A stretch of DNA of 63,872 nucleotides, the filler included, from Reclinomonas americana ATCC 50394 (Eukaryota): NCBI GenBank assembly GCA_048213135.1. It is 10 parts of 6 records of this genome, joined end to end, with 100 filler letters (N's around TTAATTAATTAA, not from the genome) between each part and the next. Parts side by side here need not be neighbours in the genome. Positions count along the whole stretch, not along the records: positions 44,886 to 50,285 come from PS015311.1; positions 50,386 to 54,047 come from PS015311.1; positions 54,148 to 57,251 come from PS015312.1; positions 57,352 to 60,675 come from PS015313.1; 6 more parts are not named here. One strand, given 5' to 3'. The notes below the pieces were generated by a model. That model had not been told where the DNA came from, made no database searches, and saw nothing but the letters and a program-made list of their open reading frames with translations. Below, piece after piece: positions 47,709 to 59,482 of this stretch (positions are counted from its first letter, which is position 1; each line of letters starts with the position of its first letter). Made by a program: the position numbers and the translations under genes.

Positions 47709-48741
47709 AGAGAGGAGGACGGAGGAGACGAGACGAGAGAGAGAGAGNNNNNNNNNNNNNNNNNNNNNNNNNNNNNNNNNNNNNNNNNNNNNNNNNNNNN
47801 NNNNNNNNNNNNNNNNNNNNNNNNNNNNNNNNNNNNNNNNNNNNNNNNNNNNNNNNNNNNNNNNNNNNNNNNNNNNNNNNNNNNNNNNNNNNNNNNNNNN
47901 NNNNNNNNNNNNNNNNNNNNNNNNNNNNNNNNNNNNNNNNNNNNNNNNNNNNNNNNNNNNNNNNNNNNNNNNNNNNNNNNNNNNNNNNNNNNNNNNNNNN
48001 NNNNNNNNNNNNNNNNNNNNNNNNNNNNNNNNNNNNNNNNNNNNNNNNNNNNNNNNNNNNNNNNNNNNGCTGTACCGTACATCCGCCGTTGGCCGTACAG
48101 CAGAGAGAGAGGCAAGGGAAGAAATGGAGAAGCCACAGCAGGAAGAGAAGGGAGGATCGAATGTGTAGACAAATGCAAGGGATGAGAACGGGAAGAAGGG
48201 GAGCAGAAGAGAAGGAGAGAATGAGAGCAAGAAATGAGGCGGAGGCGAAGCGATCAAGAGGACAGAGGAGATAGAAAGAACGGGAGAGGAGAGAAGACAG
48301 ACAGAGGAGACAGAAAGAACGAGAGAGGAGAGAGAAGACAGAAGCACAGAAGGAGTGGAAACGACAAGGAAAGGAAGGATGGGAGGAGGGCAGACAGGCA
48401 AGAGGGAAGAGAAGAGAGGAAGAGAAGAGAGGAACAGAAGGAGTGCAAGACACAGGCGATGGAAACAAGGAGAGAAGAGACTAGACAAGAGAAAGAATGG
48501 ACGGGAAGGGGCCAAGAGAAGTGATGGAAGAAGGAGAGAGGAGAAGCCAAGAGAAAGACTGCAGGGAGACAGAGAAGGGGTGGAAACTACAAGGAAAGGA
48601 ATGATGGGAGGAGTGGAAAGGGATCAAGGAAGGCAGAAAGAACGAAGATCACTCTGAGACAACAGAGGCAATGCATCAATCAATCTCTTCTCTCTCTCTC
48701 TCTCTCTCCCTCTCTTCCATCACACCTTAACCACAGTGGTA

Positions 48742-49552
48742 GGTGCAAACAACGTCCCAATCGGCGGCGTGTGCAGCAACACTCGCGGGAACAGAAACTC
48801 AGTCAGAAATGCCATGAATCGCGACGTCGCTCGCTCATACAAGCGCCACATCCACGAGGAACCGCGATCAAACACTCTGCACAAAACACAAGAGAGAGAG
48901 ACAAGCGAGAGTGAGAAGTCTCGAAAAACACTGAAACGCATCTTCAGGTGCGCACCTCTGTCGCACTGGGTATGCATCGCTCAGCCGCTGCGAGCGCACA
49001 GCGAGCTCCATTTCTGTGCGCGCGCAGAAGGGGGAATGTGTGATTATCAATGCACGTCGCCGTCCCACTGTCCCGACCGTTGCCTCAATCAAAAATTACG
49101 ATATCATGGCAGGCGAGTGCATTCCTCCTCTCTCTCTCTCACTCTGCCTCTGAGGATCTGTCTCTTCTCTCAGTGTTGCACTCATTCTTTCTCAGTCTCT
49201 CTCTCCTTCTCTCCGTCTCTCATTCTGTGTCAGCCTGTCTTCATCTTCTTCCCTGCCTCTTCTCACTCTCCCTCCTCTCCGTCTCTCACTGTCTCTCTCT
49301 GTCTCTGTCTCTTCCTCCCTGTGTCATCATATCTTCCATTGCCTCCTCTCTCTATCCCTTCTCGCCGTCTCACTCTCTCCTTCTCTCTCATCTCAGAGGC
49401 CGAAGATGTGATGCTGGACGAGGAGGCACGGGCCTCGCAGATGCGTATCAAGCAGCAGCAGGAGATGGAGACATTCGAGGCGCATTACTTTGATCCGCCG
49501 TTCTCGCATGGAGAGGGATCGTCGTTGAGGGATCCGCCAAAGGATATCAAGG
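48742..49552 (+). CDS. Cys/His-rich hypothetical protein fragment
   Basis: HWVCIAQPLRAHSELHFC...CDYQCTSPSHCPDRCLNQKLRYHG|EAEDVMLDEEAR...; exons flanked by CT-rich introns. Confidence 0.4.
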
Positions 49553-49820
49553 TGAGGGAGAGACAAAGGGCAACATGGGCTTCCTGTCTTCAATCAGTCT
49601 TGGGAGATGGATGTGTTGGCCTCGCAGATTGCCTCTTCAGTCTTGCACGCATACACACACAGAAGTGTGCTTTCAGATGCACTGCACACGTTCCAACCAC
49701 TTTGAATGGACACGATACACTGAGATGCATACAAGTGATCTCGAGTCGGGAGTAGTCTTGATTGTTTCCACGCAGAAGAGCACGCCTTGCTGATAGCTTC
49801 CCTTCTGTGATGCACGCATG

Positions 49821-50144
49821 CACAGAAGATTAGACCGCATCATGCAGACTCGTGCAGCAGGCAGCTCGACTCTCCCTCTCTCTTTCTTGCTTGCTTGCTT
49901 GCCTGTCATACAGTCCAGCCTGCAGAGCACACAGAAGTTGGCTTGTACCGTTTCATCATGCAGTCTGCAAGCAGCCACAGAAGATTGACAGGATGCAGGC
50001 TCGTGCAGCAGGCAGCTCGACTCACTCTGTCTCTCTCTCCTGCTGCTTGCCATGCACAACAGCCTGCAGAGCACACATAAGTTGGCTTGTGCTGATATTG
50101 TCACGCAGTCTGCAAGCAGCCACAGGCTCGTACAGCAGGCAGCT

Positions 50145-50150
<6 letters not shown>
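49821..50150. repeat. Tandem repeat, about 2.2 copies of a roughly 150-bp unit
   Basis: ctcgtgcagcaggcagctcgactc...cagcctgcagagcacaca.aagttggcttgt...gcagtctgcaagcagccacag recurs. Confidence 0.88.
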
Positions 50151-50187
<37 letters not shown>

Positions 50188-50329
50188 GTCTCGTCGTCGT
50201 CGTCGTACTCGTACTACGTCGTACTCGTCTCGTACGTCGTCGTCCGACGTACGTACGTACGTCGTTCGTGTCGTCGTCGTATCTANNNNNNNNNNNNNNN
50301 NNNNNNNNNNNNNNNNNNNNNNNNNNNNN

Positions 50330-50341
50330 TTAATTAATTAA
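50330..50341. other. Artificial contig spacer
   Basis: N44-TTAATTAATTAA-N44. Confidence 0.97.
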
Positions 50342-50385
50342 NNNNNNNNNNNNNNNNNNNNNNNNNNNNNNNNNNNNNNNNNNNN

Positions 50386-51702
50386 TCGAGGAGGAGGAAG
50401 AGGAGGAGGAGGATGTCGACGAGGAGGAGGAAGAGGAGACGTTCGCCGAGGCCGAAGAGGAGGAGGACGATATCGACGAGGACGATGAGACGGAGGAGGA
50501 GGAGGAGGGCAGCCTGCTCCTTGTCGAGGAGGAGGAGGAGGACTCTGAGGAGGCCGACCTCGAGGCGTTCGCCGACGACGAGGAGGAGGAGGACGAGGAT
50601 GAAGACGAGGAGGACGCGACCCTCGCCGAGGAGGAGGAAGAGGAGGAGGAGGATGACGAAGACGAGGAGGACGAGGACTTCGTCGAGCACGGCAAGAAGA
50701 AGAAGGCAAGAAGGGCAGCAAGGGCAAGAAGGGCAGCAAGGGCAAGCACAGCCGCGGCCGTCGCCACCGCCACGGACGCCGCCACGGCCGCGGCCGTCGC
50801 CACGGCCATGGCCACAAGAAGCATGGCCACAAGAAGCACGGCCACGGTCGCCGCCATGGCCACAAGCATGGCCACAGGCATCACCACCGCAAGCCGCTGG
50901 CCAAGCCTCGCCACCACCAGCACCCGAAGCCGCACCCCAAGCCGCACCCCAAGCCGGCGCACAAGCCTCACCACCACCCCAAGCCGACGCCGAAGCCGAA
51001 GCCCCACCCGAAGCCCCACCCCAAGCCGGCGCCGAAGCCTCACCACCACCCGAAGCCGACGCCGCACCCGAAGCCCCACCCGAAGCCGCACCCGAAGCCG
51101 GCGCCGAAGCCTCACCACCACCCCAAGCCGACGCCGCACCCGAAGCCCCACCCCAAGCCGCACCCGAAGCCGACGCCGGCGCCGAAGCCTCGCCACCACC
51201 CGCACCCGCACCCCAAGCCGATCCCGCCGAAGGTGAAGCACACTCCGCAGTGCAACGCCCTCAAGATCCAGATTGCCAACCTGGAGAAGAAGTGGAAGAA
51301 CACCTGCATCATCCCGACGCCGACCATTGTCCGCAAGGTTTGTTGTTTGTACAAGCCAGTTGGCACGCCTGCTGTTCTTTTCACTCACCACTGCCATCTG
51401 TGTGCAGGAGACTGCGGCCACCAAGAAGGCACTGAAGACGGCAAACAAGGAGGTGAAGAAGGCCATCAAGCAGGCCAAGAAGGCTCTGGAGAAGGTACGA
51501 ACTGTGTTGTCTGCATGTCATCACGATCCGCGTCTGCTCACCACCAGTTCGTCATCTCTTGCAGGCGAAGAAGGCGGCTCACGACGCCAAGGCCATCCAC
51601 AACAAGAAGCTGGCGAAGAAGGAGAAGAAGGAGATCAAGCAGGCGAAGAAGCTCATCCGTCAGCTGACCGGCAAGTGCGACAACAAGCCGCGCCGCAAGT
51701 GA
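50386..51702 (+). CDS. Acidic/basic block protein, paralog 1 (E/D tract, GKKGSK, His/Gly/Arg tract, PKPH repeats, Lys-rich helical C-terminus); 5' end missing, one frameshift
   Basis: C-terminal exons [19 protein letters not shown]...|[38 protein letters not shown]...[12 protein letters not shown] align with paralog 2, with the same intron positions. Confidence 0.72.
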
Positions 51703-52088
51703 GCGTGGACGCATGCATCGCAACGGCGTGCTCCACAAGGGCCGCCTTGGCATGAATGAAAAATCAGTCGTACAACAGAAAAAGCGCCACGATGTTGATG
51801 TCTCAGAAGGTGGTGTAGAGATGCAAAGTGGCCAAAAACCAACGGGTCGGATCTGCAGCTGGTTCCAAAAAGCACATTCGAGATCGAGATCGAGAACAAC
51901 AGCAATTCGTTCACCAACAAACAAGCAACAGCTGTCTTGATGACCAAGTTCTGCGTGAGATTGCTTACCCTGCCCACTGCATTCGAGCGAGTGTACATGT
52001 ACATCTTTCCTCATTCAAAGGAAAACCCCCGTTTTCCCGCCAGCTGTGTCCGTTACTAGTTCGTTCGCTTGTGCAGAGAGCAAGTCTC

Positions 52089-53481
52089 ATGAAGCTCATC
52101 GTCGCCTTATTCACTGTTCTTGTCGCCACTGTGTTGTTGCTGGCTGGCGTAGCACATGCACAAGTGGACATGGCAAAGTGCACCACCGCCGAGTGCAGTG
52201 CGTCACACACACACGCGCGCGTTACTCTTGTACTTGGCGACTCACTTCCTCGTCCACTCGCACCACCACACAGTGGCAAGCAACGCCGCGACTGCGGTGG
52301 AGGCTGAGGCTGTGAGCGAGACCACGGCTGGTGTGTTTCATTGCAACGTCATGACATTCTTCTTTCATTGTGCACTCATCGTGGTTTGCAATTTTGTATG
52401 TTTTGGTCGTGTGGAGCAGATACCACCACAGCCGGTGAGATGCCGTTTTCGTTGCCTCAACATGTTTATGCAGCGGTTGTTTCTCACATGTTTACAATGT
52501 GTGCAGAGACGGCAGTCGAAACGGTCCCCGGTGAGATTCACTTTCTTGTCTCGTACTCCTTTTCCCGTCTTCTGCTCATCGTTGTGTCTCTTGCCTCCAT
52601 GCAGTGCACCTGGCGACTGAGGCGACGAATCTGCCTGTTACCGACGTAGCAGCAGAGGTCAACGAGCAGGCAGAGGAGGGAGAGATGGTTTTCGAGGCCG
52701 CCGTCGAGGAGACTGAGACCGAAGAAGACGAAGCAGAGGATGAGGAGCAGCAGCAGCAAGACGAGCTCGAGGAGACCACCGACATGGACGAGGAAGAGGA
52801 CATGATGTTCGACTCGGGTGTGGTGGATGCCGACCTGGAGGTGGAGGAGATGGACGAAGAGGAAGAGGAGGAGGAAGAGGAGAGCTTCCCGGCAGTGCGC
52901 GAACGCAACAAGACCAACAAGAAGGCGGCGAAGAAGGCGCCGAAGAAGATCGCGAAGAAGGCGGCGAAGAAGATCGCGAAGAAGGCGCCGAAGAAGGCGG
53001 CGAAGAAGCAGACGGCCATCCAGAAGGGCCAATGCAGCCTTCTCAAGACGTACATTAGCGGCCTGAAGAAGCTGCACGCCGATCAGTGCACCGTGCCGGG
53101 CAGGCGACTGACCCCTGCCAAGAGACGCGTCATTGTGGTCAAGAAGGTGAGTGATGTGCGCCTCTTTCCCCCACCTCTCCGTCTCCACCACTCATCTCGA
53201 CAGCAGGAGGCCAAGCAGGCAAAGAGCGCGCTGAAGAAAGCCACGGAAAACGTGCAAAAGGCGCTGAAGGATGCCAAGAAGGCGATTGAGAAGGTTGCGT
53301 TTGTGTCTTTCCTCTCTATCTCCACTTGTCCCTCTCACTTCCTGTGAATGTTTTGCAGGCAAGGAAGGCCGCCCGTGATGCACAGACCATCAAGAACAAG
53401 CGCGTCGCCGGCAAGGACCAGAAGCTGGTCAAGCAGGCCAAGCAGCTGGCTCGCAAGCTCGAAGGCAAGTGCCGCAAGTAG
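52089..53481 (+). CDS. Secreted acidic/basic block protein, paralog 2
   Basis: Signal peptide MKLIVALFTVLVATVLLLAGVAHA, E/D-rich block, KKAAKKAPKKIAKK repeats, then CSLLKTYISGLKKLHADQC...|QEAKQAKSALKKATENVQKALKDAKKAIEK|ARKAARDA...LEGKCRK*. Confidence 0.8.
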
Positions 53482-53690
53482 GCACCCCACCGGAGAAGGA
53501 AATCGCTACCGCAGTGCGTGCAAAAGTAGTATTGTGCACCGCCTGCTGGCAAAGAAAAAACAGTGAACCAACCTGGTGTGTGCCAACGACACGAGAACAC
53601 ATGCCAGTTGTATTGCACACAAAACGCGACCCCACTGGCCCGCCCGACTGACTAGCTAGCTACATACAGACAACAAAACACACAACAGGC

Positions 53691-54354
53691 TCAGACGCCA
53701 TTGAGGAGTTTGAAAAAGTACTCCACTTCCAGTACACCGTCGCCGGGCAGGTCGGTGCAGTGGATGGCGTTCTTGACCTTGTCCTTGCCGTGCTGCGCTC
53801 GCAGCGTGTGCGGCCTCAACACCTGCAGCGGAGCACAATCAATCACGGCACTTCAAGCGGAGCAACGAGACAGCACCGCACCTTGCCAATGGCCGGGTCG
53901 GCGGGTCCACACAGTTCTCGGAACTGGCCCACCACATCGTCACTGTCTTTTCGCAGCTCCATGGCCAACACTGGTCCAGCCACCAGCTCGTCCAGCATGC
54001 CCTGATACTCGGGAATGACGCCCTTGTAGACCTCAATAAACTCCTCTNNNNNNNNNNNNNNNNNNNNNNNNNNNNNNNNNNNNNNNNNNNNTTAATTAAT
54101 TAANNNNNNNNNNNNNNNNNNNNNNNNNNNNNNNNNNNNNNNNNNNNGAGAGAAGGATAAGGAGAGGGAGAGGGAGAGGGAGAGGGGAGAAGGGAGAAGG
54201 GAGAAGGGAGAGGGAGAGACATGGAGGAGGAATGGAGAGAGGGAGAGGGAGGGAGAGAGAGAAGGAAGGGAGAGGGAAAAGGGAGAGGGAAAAAGAGAGG
54301 TGAGAGAGGGACAGGGGAGGGGAATGGAGAAACGCGGAGGGGAGACGAATCTCT

Positions 54355-54397
<43 letters not shown>

Positions 54398-55481
54398 AGA
54401 GAGGGAGAACCGAGAGAGCGCAGAGAAGTGAGGCACTACAATTGAGGAAAAAACTGCAGTGTCGTGGATACACACAAAATAATGGAAAGCAGCAACACTC
54501 CAGCAGAAGAGAGAACAGGAACGCAGTGATTCCAACACAGAAGAAATTTGCTCTCTCTCTCTCTCTTGCCTTCTGTGCTCCCCTCACTCTCTCCCTTCTT
54601 CCCTCCCTCCCTCCTCCTCCCTTTCCCTTTCTCACTCTCTCACTCACCATCGCGAATAGCGTGTGGTCGAACGACTGCACACGTGCAATCCTCAAACGTG
54701 GCCGTCGCCTCAAAGAACACCGAGCCACCAAAGAAGAAGTCAATCTCCCGCAGACCGCTCTCCACGCTGTCCGAGCCGTGCACAGCGTTGCGTGTGTTGT
54801 CGGTGCCAAACTGGGCACGAATGGAGCGCGGAGCGTCGTGTCGTGCCACCGACGTACTCGTCGGTCCAATCAACTGGCGCCACTTGGCAATCGCGTTCTC
54901 CCCGACCAGCTCCATTGCAATCACGTAGCCCGACGTCATAAAGTCGACCAGATTGCTGCACGCACACACACACAGGTGAGCAACACGGCTCACAGGCTCA
55001 ACAGTGTGCAGTGAGCGGTGCCTGTCGCGCAACTGGTAAAACTCGCGTCCACGATGCGCCTCGTAAAACGCCTCGGCATTGTCGCGCGTCAGTCGCACCA
55101 GTCGCATGTTGGCAATGGTGAGCCCCGTGTCGCGTTGCTGAATGGCGGCAATGATGCGGCCGGCATTCGGGTAGCCGTCGGGCTTGATCATGGCCAGAGT
55201 GCGCTCGCGGTTGCCCTCGGCCAACGCACGCGTGTAGTCGTCGGCGTAGGCCGCGATGCGCAGGTGGCGCGAGTACACCACCACTGTGTTGCCGAGGTAG
55301 AGATCGTCGCGTGCAATGTCGGGGTACTTGCAGCGCTTGAGGAAGACCTTGCGGTTCTTCACGTCGTACTGGGGGAGGCGAGGGGGGGGGAGGTGAGGGG
55401 AAAGGGTGGGGTGAGGGATAAGAGAGAAGACAATTCGTTCTGCAGCTTTTCTCTCTGTCTGGAGAAGACGAAGAGAACGGG

Positions 55482-55555
<74 letters not shown>

Positions 55556-55907
55556 CTCACAGCCTCAGCAACAGCCTGCAGAACAGCTTGCACTGCCTCT
55601 CGCCCTGTAATCTGCTCCCTTCTTCTTTGTCTTCTCTCTCTCACTCTCTCTCTCTCTCTCACGCTCTCTCTCTCTCTCTCACTCTCTCTCTCTCCTCCAC
55701 ACACTCTCTCTTACCATCTCAATCGTGTTGTCGGCCAAGAAGAACAGCAGCTGATACGTTCTCACCACATCCGCCAACTCATCGTAATACTCGACCACAT
55801 ACGCCAATCGCTCTTCTGTTGCCTGTGACTGTACAACCATACACACACAGACAGAGTGAGTGAGAGTGAGAGGAAGAGAGGCAAGGAGCAGAGGAGAGGC
55901 GAACCAT
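53691..55907 (-). CDS. NME7: Nucleoside diphosphate kinase 7 (DM10 + two NDK domains), spanning a spacer
   Basis: DM10: ERLAYVVEYYDELADVVRTYQLLFFLADNTIEM|YDVKNRKVFLKR. NDK-A: RTLAMIKPD...RNAVHGSDS, CTCAVVRPHA. After the spacer: EEFIEVYKGV...KNAIHCTDLPGDGVLEVEYFF. Confidence 0.93.
54092..54103. other. Artificial contig spacer (inside NME7)
   Basis: N44-TTAATTAATTAA-N44. Confidence 0.97.
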
Positions 55908-56470
55908 TTTGCGCGCAAATCAACACACAACGCTCGGATCGCCCGTTGACTGGAATGGGATGGTGGACTGGGGGGCGGCACAAAGCGCGCTGTGTTGCAG
56001 CACGTATTGTGCAGTGATACCAGCAAGAGAGTGAAGACGAGAGAGACGCACGTGCAGAGAGAGAAAAACGCAACATGCAAAAATTATGTCGACATCGACG
56101 CGTCGATATCGACTGTTGTGAGAAATAAAATCATCACTGCGCGCGCTGGAATCACTGCTGTGACCTTTGCTCACGTCTCCGCTCTCCATGCTGCATACCA
56201 CCGCACTCTCCAACGACGACACTCACTCAAAATCCGCGCGCGCGCGAAATTCGAACCCACTTGCACACATCCACACCTCGCGTGTCCTCTCCTTGCACGC
56301 GCACGCAAGCCGCAGCCGAGCACAGTGCCGCACGCTGCACAGCTCATTGCCTCCACCCCGTCGATCCATGCGGTTGTCCAACTTCTCGCAGCACAATTCT
56401 CGATAAGCTGTCCCGACAAGCTCCCATTTGACGCGCGCGCATACACACACACACTTGGCAAGAGAAGAGC

Positions 56471-57093
56471 ATGTCACTGCACGACAGCGATGTGGGCAAC
56501 ACGCTGTTCCCCACCAGTATGATCGCCGCACACGATGCCGCCCTGGTCTTTCAACAACAACAACAACAACACAAGCAACAACACGCGCGCTCTCCCACTG
56601 CCTCCTCCTCCTCGTCATCATCCTCGCCCACCAGCGAGCATCCTTTGCGCGGGAAGAGCAGCATGGATGACCTCGACTTGCGCGACGCAGCGTCACTGGG
56701 AGACGATGATGATGATGAAGCAATGATGAGTGTCGACGATGATGATGATGATGATGTGTTGCCGCGAACATTGCCGCGACGTCAGTCCCCGTCGCAGCGG
56801 TTCGCGACGTCGTGGGGAGGCACGGGAAAGGGAACGTCGCGTCTGCGGAATGGTCCTCCGCCGCCTGCATCGTCGGCGTCGAGTGGGAGTGCGCGATCGA
56901 CGGCGTCTTCGTCGACAGAGGGAACGGCTGCTGAGGGCAATAGTGGGGGGAGTGCGTCGGCGTCGGCCAATGATGCGGCCATTGCGCAGTTCTCGGCCGC
57001 GGTCAAGGAGATGACGGGGCAGTGTGCGCAGGTCGCGGAGATGGTGGCGTTTGTCGGCACCACCCGCGATTCGTCAATGCTGAGGGGGCGAAT
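56471..57093 (+). CDS. Syntaxin-7/12-like Qa-SNARE, first exon
   Basis: MSLHD... then a long disordered N-terminus and IAQFSAAVKEMTGQCAQVAEMVAFVGTTRDSSMLRGR, resembling the Habc 'LGTxxDSxxLR' motif. Truncated by the spacer. Confidence 0.6.
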
Positions 57094-57295
57094 GTGAGTG
57101 CCGCGTTGGTGTCTCTACTCCTCTTCTTTGCTCTGTCTTGCTGGGCTTCTCAGTTGGGCTGGCGTTACTTGTCTGGATTTTGAGATATCCGTGTTGTCAT
57201 TCAAGTTTTCCTCTTGTCTTCCCCTCGTGTTTCTTCTCTCTCTCTCTCTCTNNNNNNNNNNNNNNNNNNNNNNNNNNNNNNNNNNNNNNNNNNNN

Positions 57296-57307
57296 TTAAT
57301 TAATTAA
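57296..57307. other. Artificial contig spacer
   Basis: N44-TTAATTAATTAA-N44. Confidence 0.97.
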
Positions 57308-57414
57308 NNNNNNNNNNNNNNNNNNNNNNNNNNNNNNNNNNNNNNNNNNNNCTCTCTCTCTCTCTCTCTGTCTGTCTCTGCGTGTCTCTCACACGCCTGT
57401 CGTTGTTGGTGCAG

Positions 57415-59482
57415 CTGTGGCTGAAGTACGTGGAGCCGGTGTTGGGCCATCCTCGCGATCAGAGAGAGGACGCACAGACGACGGAGTATGTGGAGGCCAT
57501 TCTGGGGCTTGTGATTCAGTTGCACGACGTTGATCGCTTCATCGTGCCGCCGGTGTGTGTATTCCGTATTCCAGTGGAAAAGACATTCTCGCTTTTTTTG
57601 TTGACTCGATTGCAGGGCTCATTGGACGCGGCCGGAGGGCGGTTCTTCGCGTGCGGGCAGCAGCCACTCATGAGTCTGGCCGCGGGTCTGTGATCATGCA
57701 AAATAGCATCATTTGCTATCATTCTTCCTTCTCAACCACCGCCGGTCGGCCGCACAACAGGTCTCGAGTCGGTGCATGTGGTCGGCGGAGAGGGCGAGGT
57801 GCAATGGGAGCAGCGAGATGTGTTGATTCTGCGCTTCGAGGCAGTGGTGCGCGCGTATGTGCACCTGCATCAGACGAATGTGGCGCCAGCGGAGGAAATG
57901 GTGGCCACGTGGACGCTGACATTTGAGCAGCCGCATCGTTACACCTACATTCCCGACATTTCATCACGCGCAGCCATTACTCTTGAGCTGGTGCGTGCAC
58001 GCTGCTGTGCGGGTGCTCACTGACCGACCATCTTCAACTCACGCGGCTGTCCGCAGCGGCGAATGCTTCGCTTCTTTGTCAACCGATTCGATGATCTCGA
58101 TCTGGCGCCGGTGCTGCTGGCGGTATGGCAATTGCATTCGCTGGCCTGCATTGCGATTCTCTCTTGAGACTAACGCGATCATGCAGCGCAACGGCATCGA
58201 GTTGCTGCGCCCATTGTTCAAGCGCAAGGACGTGCTCCTAATCATTGGTGTGTGTGTGCTATGTTGATGGTGATTGGTGTGGGTTGCACTCACACGCATT
58301 CCCTTGTAGACTTGGTGATCATGACGGCGTGCTTTTGTCGCTTCCGTCGATTTGCGGCTGCATTTGCGGCCGCCGGTGGAGTGTTTCTGTTGTTGCAGTT
58401 GCCAAGGTTATACGGACTGCAGGGCGCGGTGGCCAGGTGCTTGGCCGAGATGTTGCATGTGAGTAGTCAGACTGCACAGTGTGCGTGTAGTCTCATCTGT
58501 TGCTTGCCGCTCACCCTTTCTCTACAGTCTCCTGTAATTGCGGAGCGTGTGTGCACCAGCCGTACGCTGCTGGGTTTGAATAATCGACCGTGGAGATCGG
58601 GGCAGCGGGGACCGGAATCGAGTGAGACGGGGGGCGGTTCATCATCGCGCTCCAAGCTTCTTCCGCCGCTGGTGGTCGACGTTGATCAGGCGTGGCACAT
58701 GCAAATCAGTGCTCCCTCGTCTGTGGTTGCCAAGCAAGGTGGCGCCGGGGCCAATGCACTGGTTGGATCGCCCGTGTTGATGCCTACTGGAGGTGGGTGT
58801 GAGGGTGAGAGAGTGAGAGAGGGAAATCGTTGCATCTACTGACGTGTGCTGTTGCAGGGGAGGCCAACACGGTGCGGCTAAGCATGCTGCTGGCTGAGTT
58901 TGCCATTGAGCAGGCCACGTCGCCTTCAGACGACGCTCGAAGGCATGCAGCCGAGTTGTTGCGCATTATGCTGCCGTATACGGCTGTGCTCACGCATTTC
59001 GATGAAAATGGCGGTCTCGACGTTCTTGTGGGTGAGCGACCGTTGTCCCTGTGCGTCGCTGTCGCGCGTGGCGAAGCTTATTTGGTAAATTCGTAGAGTT
59101 GCTGCGCCTCAGTCTGATGCGTGACAGCAGCGATGAATTCCAGGACAGTGCACTGGATGCGTTTGACATGTACTGCTACGTGCGCTTTGCACATGTGTGT
59201 CTGTGCAATGGTTTGTCGGAGGATGCTGTGATTCTTGGTTGTAAGCGATGCCGGAATACCTACATTTGTCCACGTCTGCAGGGTTTGCGCAACAGTCGGG
59301 CGCGACGGTTACTCCGCTGCCTACACGCCCGACTCCGCGGTACGCGCCAGTGGCATCGATTGACGTGCGACTTCGCACACAGCACAGATTACTTGCGTTC
59401 GCGTCGCAAACTCGCGGTAAGAAGCAGACGCAGTCGTTTGTTCTTCCGCCATGCGCCCTCATTTGACGCGTCCTTGTCCTTC
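57415..59482 (+). CDS. DCAF1: DCAF1/VprBP N-terminal Armadillo-like region (part 1)
   Basis: FRRFAAAFAAAGGVFLLLQLPR...PVIAERVC...ARRHAAELLRIMLPYTAVLTHFDENGGLDVLV parallels the DCAF1 N-terminal region. Confidence 0.68.

Noticed and set aside
44377..48657. ORFs rich in SSPLL, ERER or LSLS
   Set aside because: Translations of CT/GA microsatellite tracts and N gaps.
50330..51478. Long antisense and alternative-frame ORFs over the repeat protein (poly-Ser, TRS and PPQA repeats)
   Set aside because: Shadows of a codon-periodic low-complexity coding sequence; only the K/P/H frame connects to the domain shared with paralog 2.
55920..56222. 100-aa ORF upstream of NME7
   Set aside because: No homology cue or clear exon structure; could be UTR or promoter sequence.
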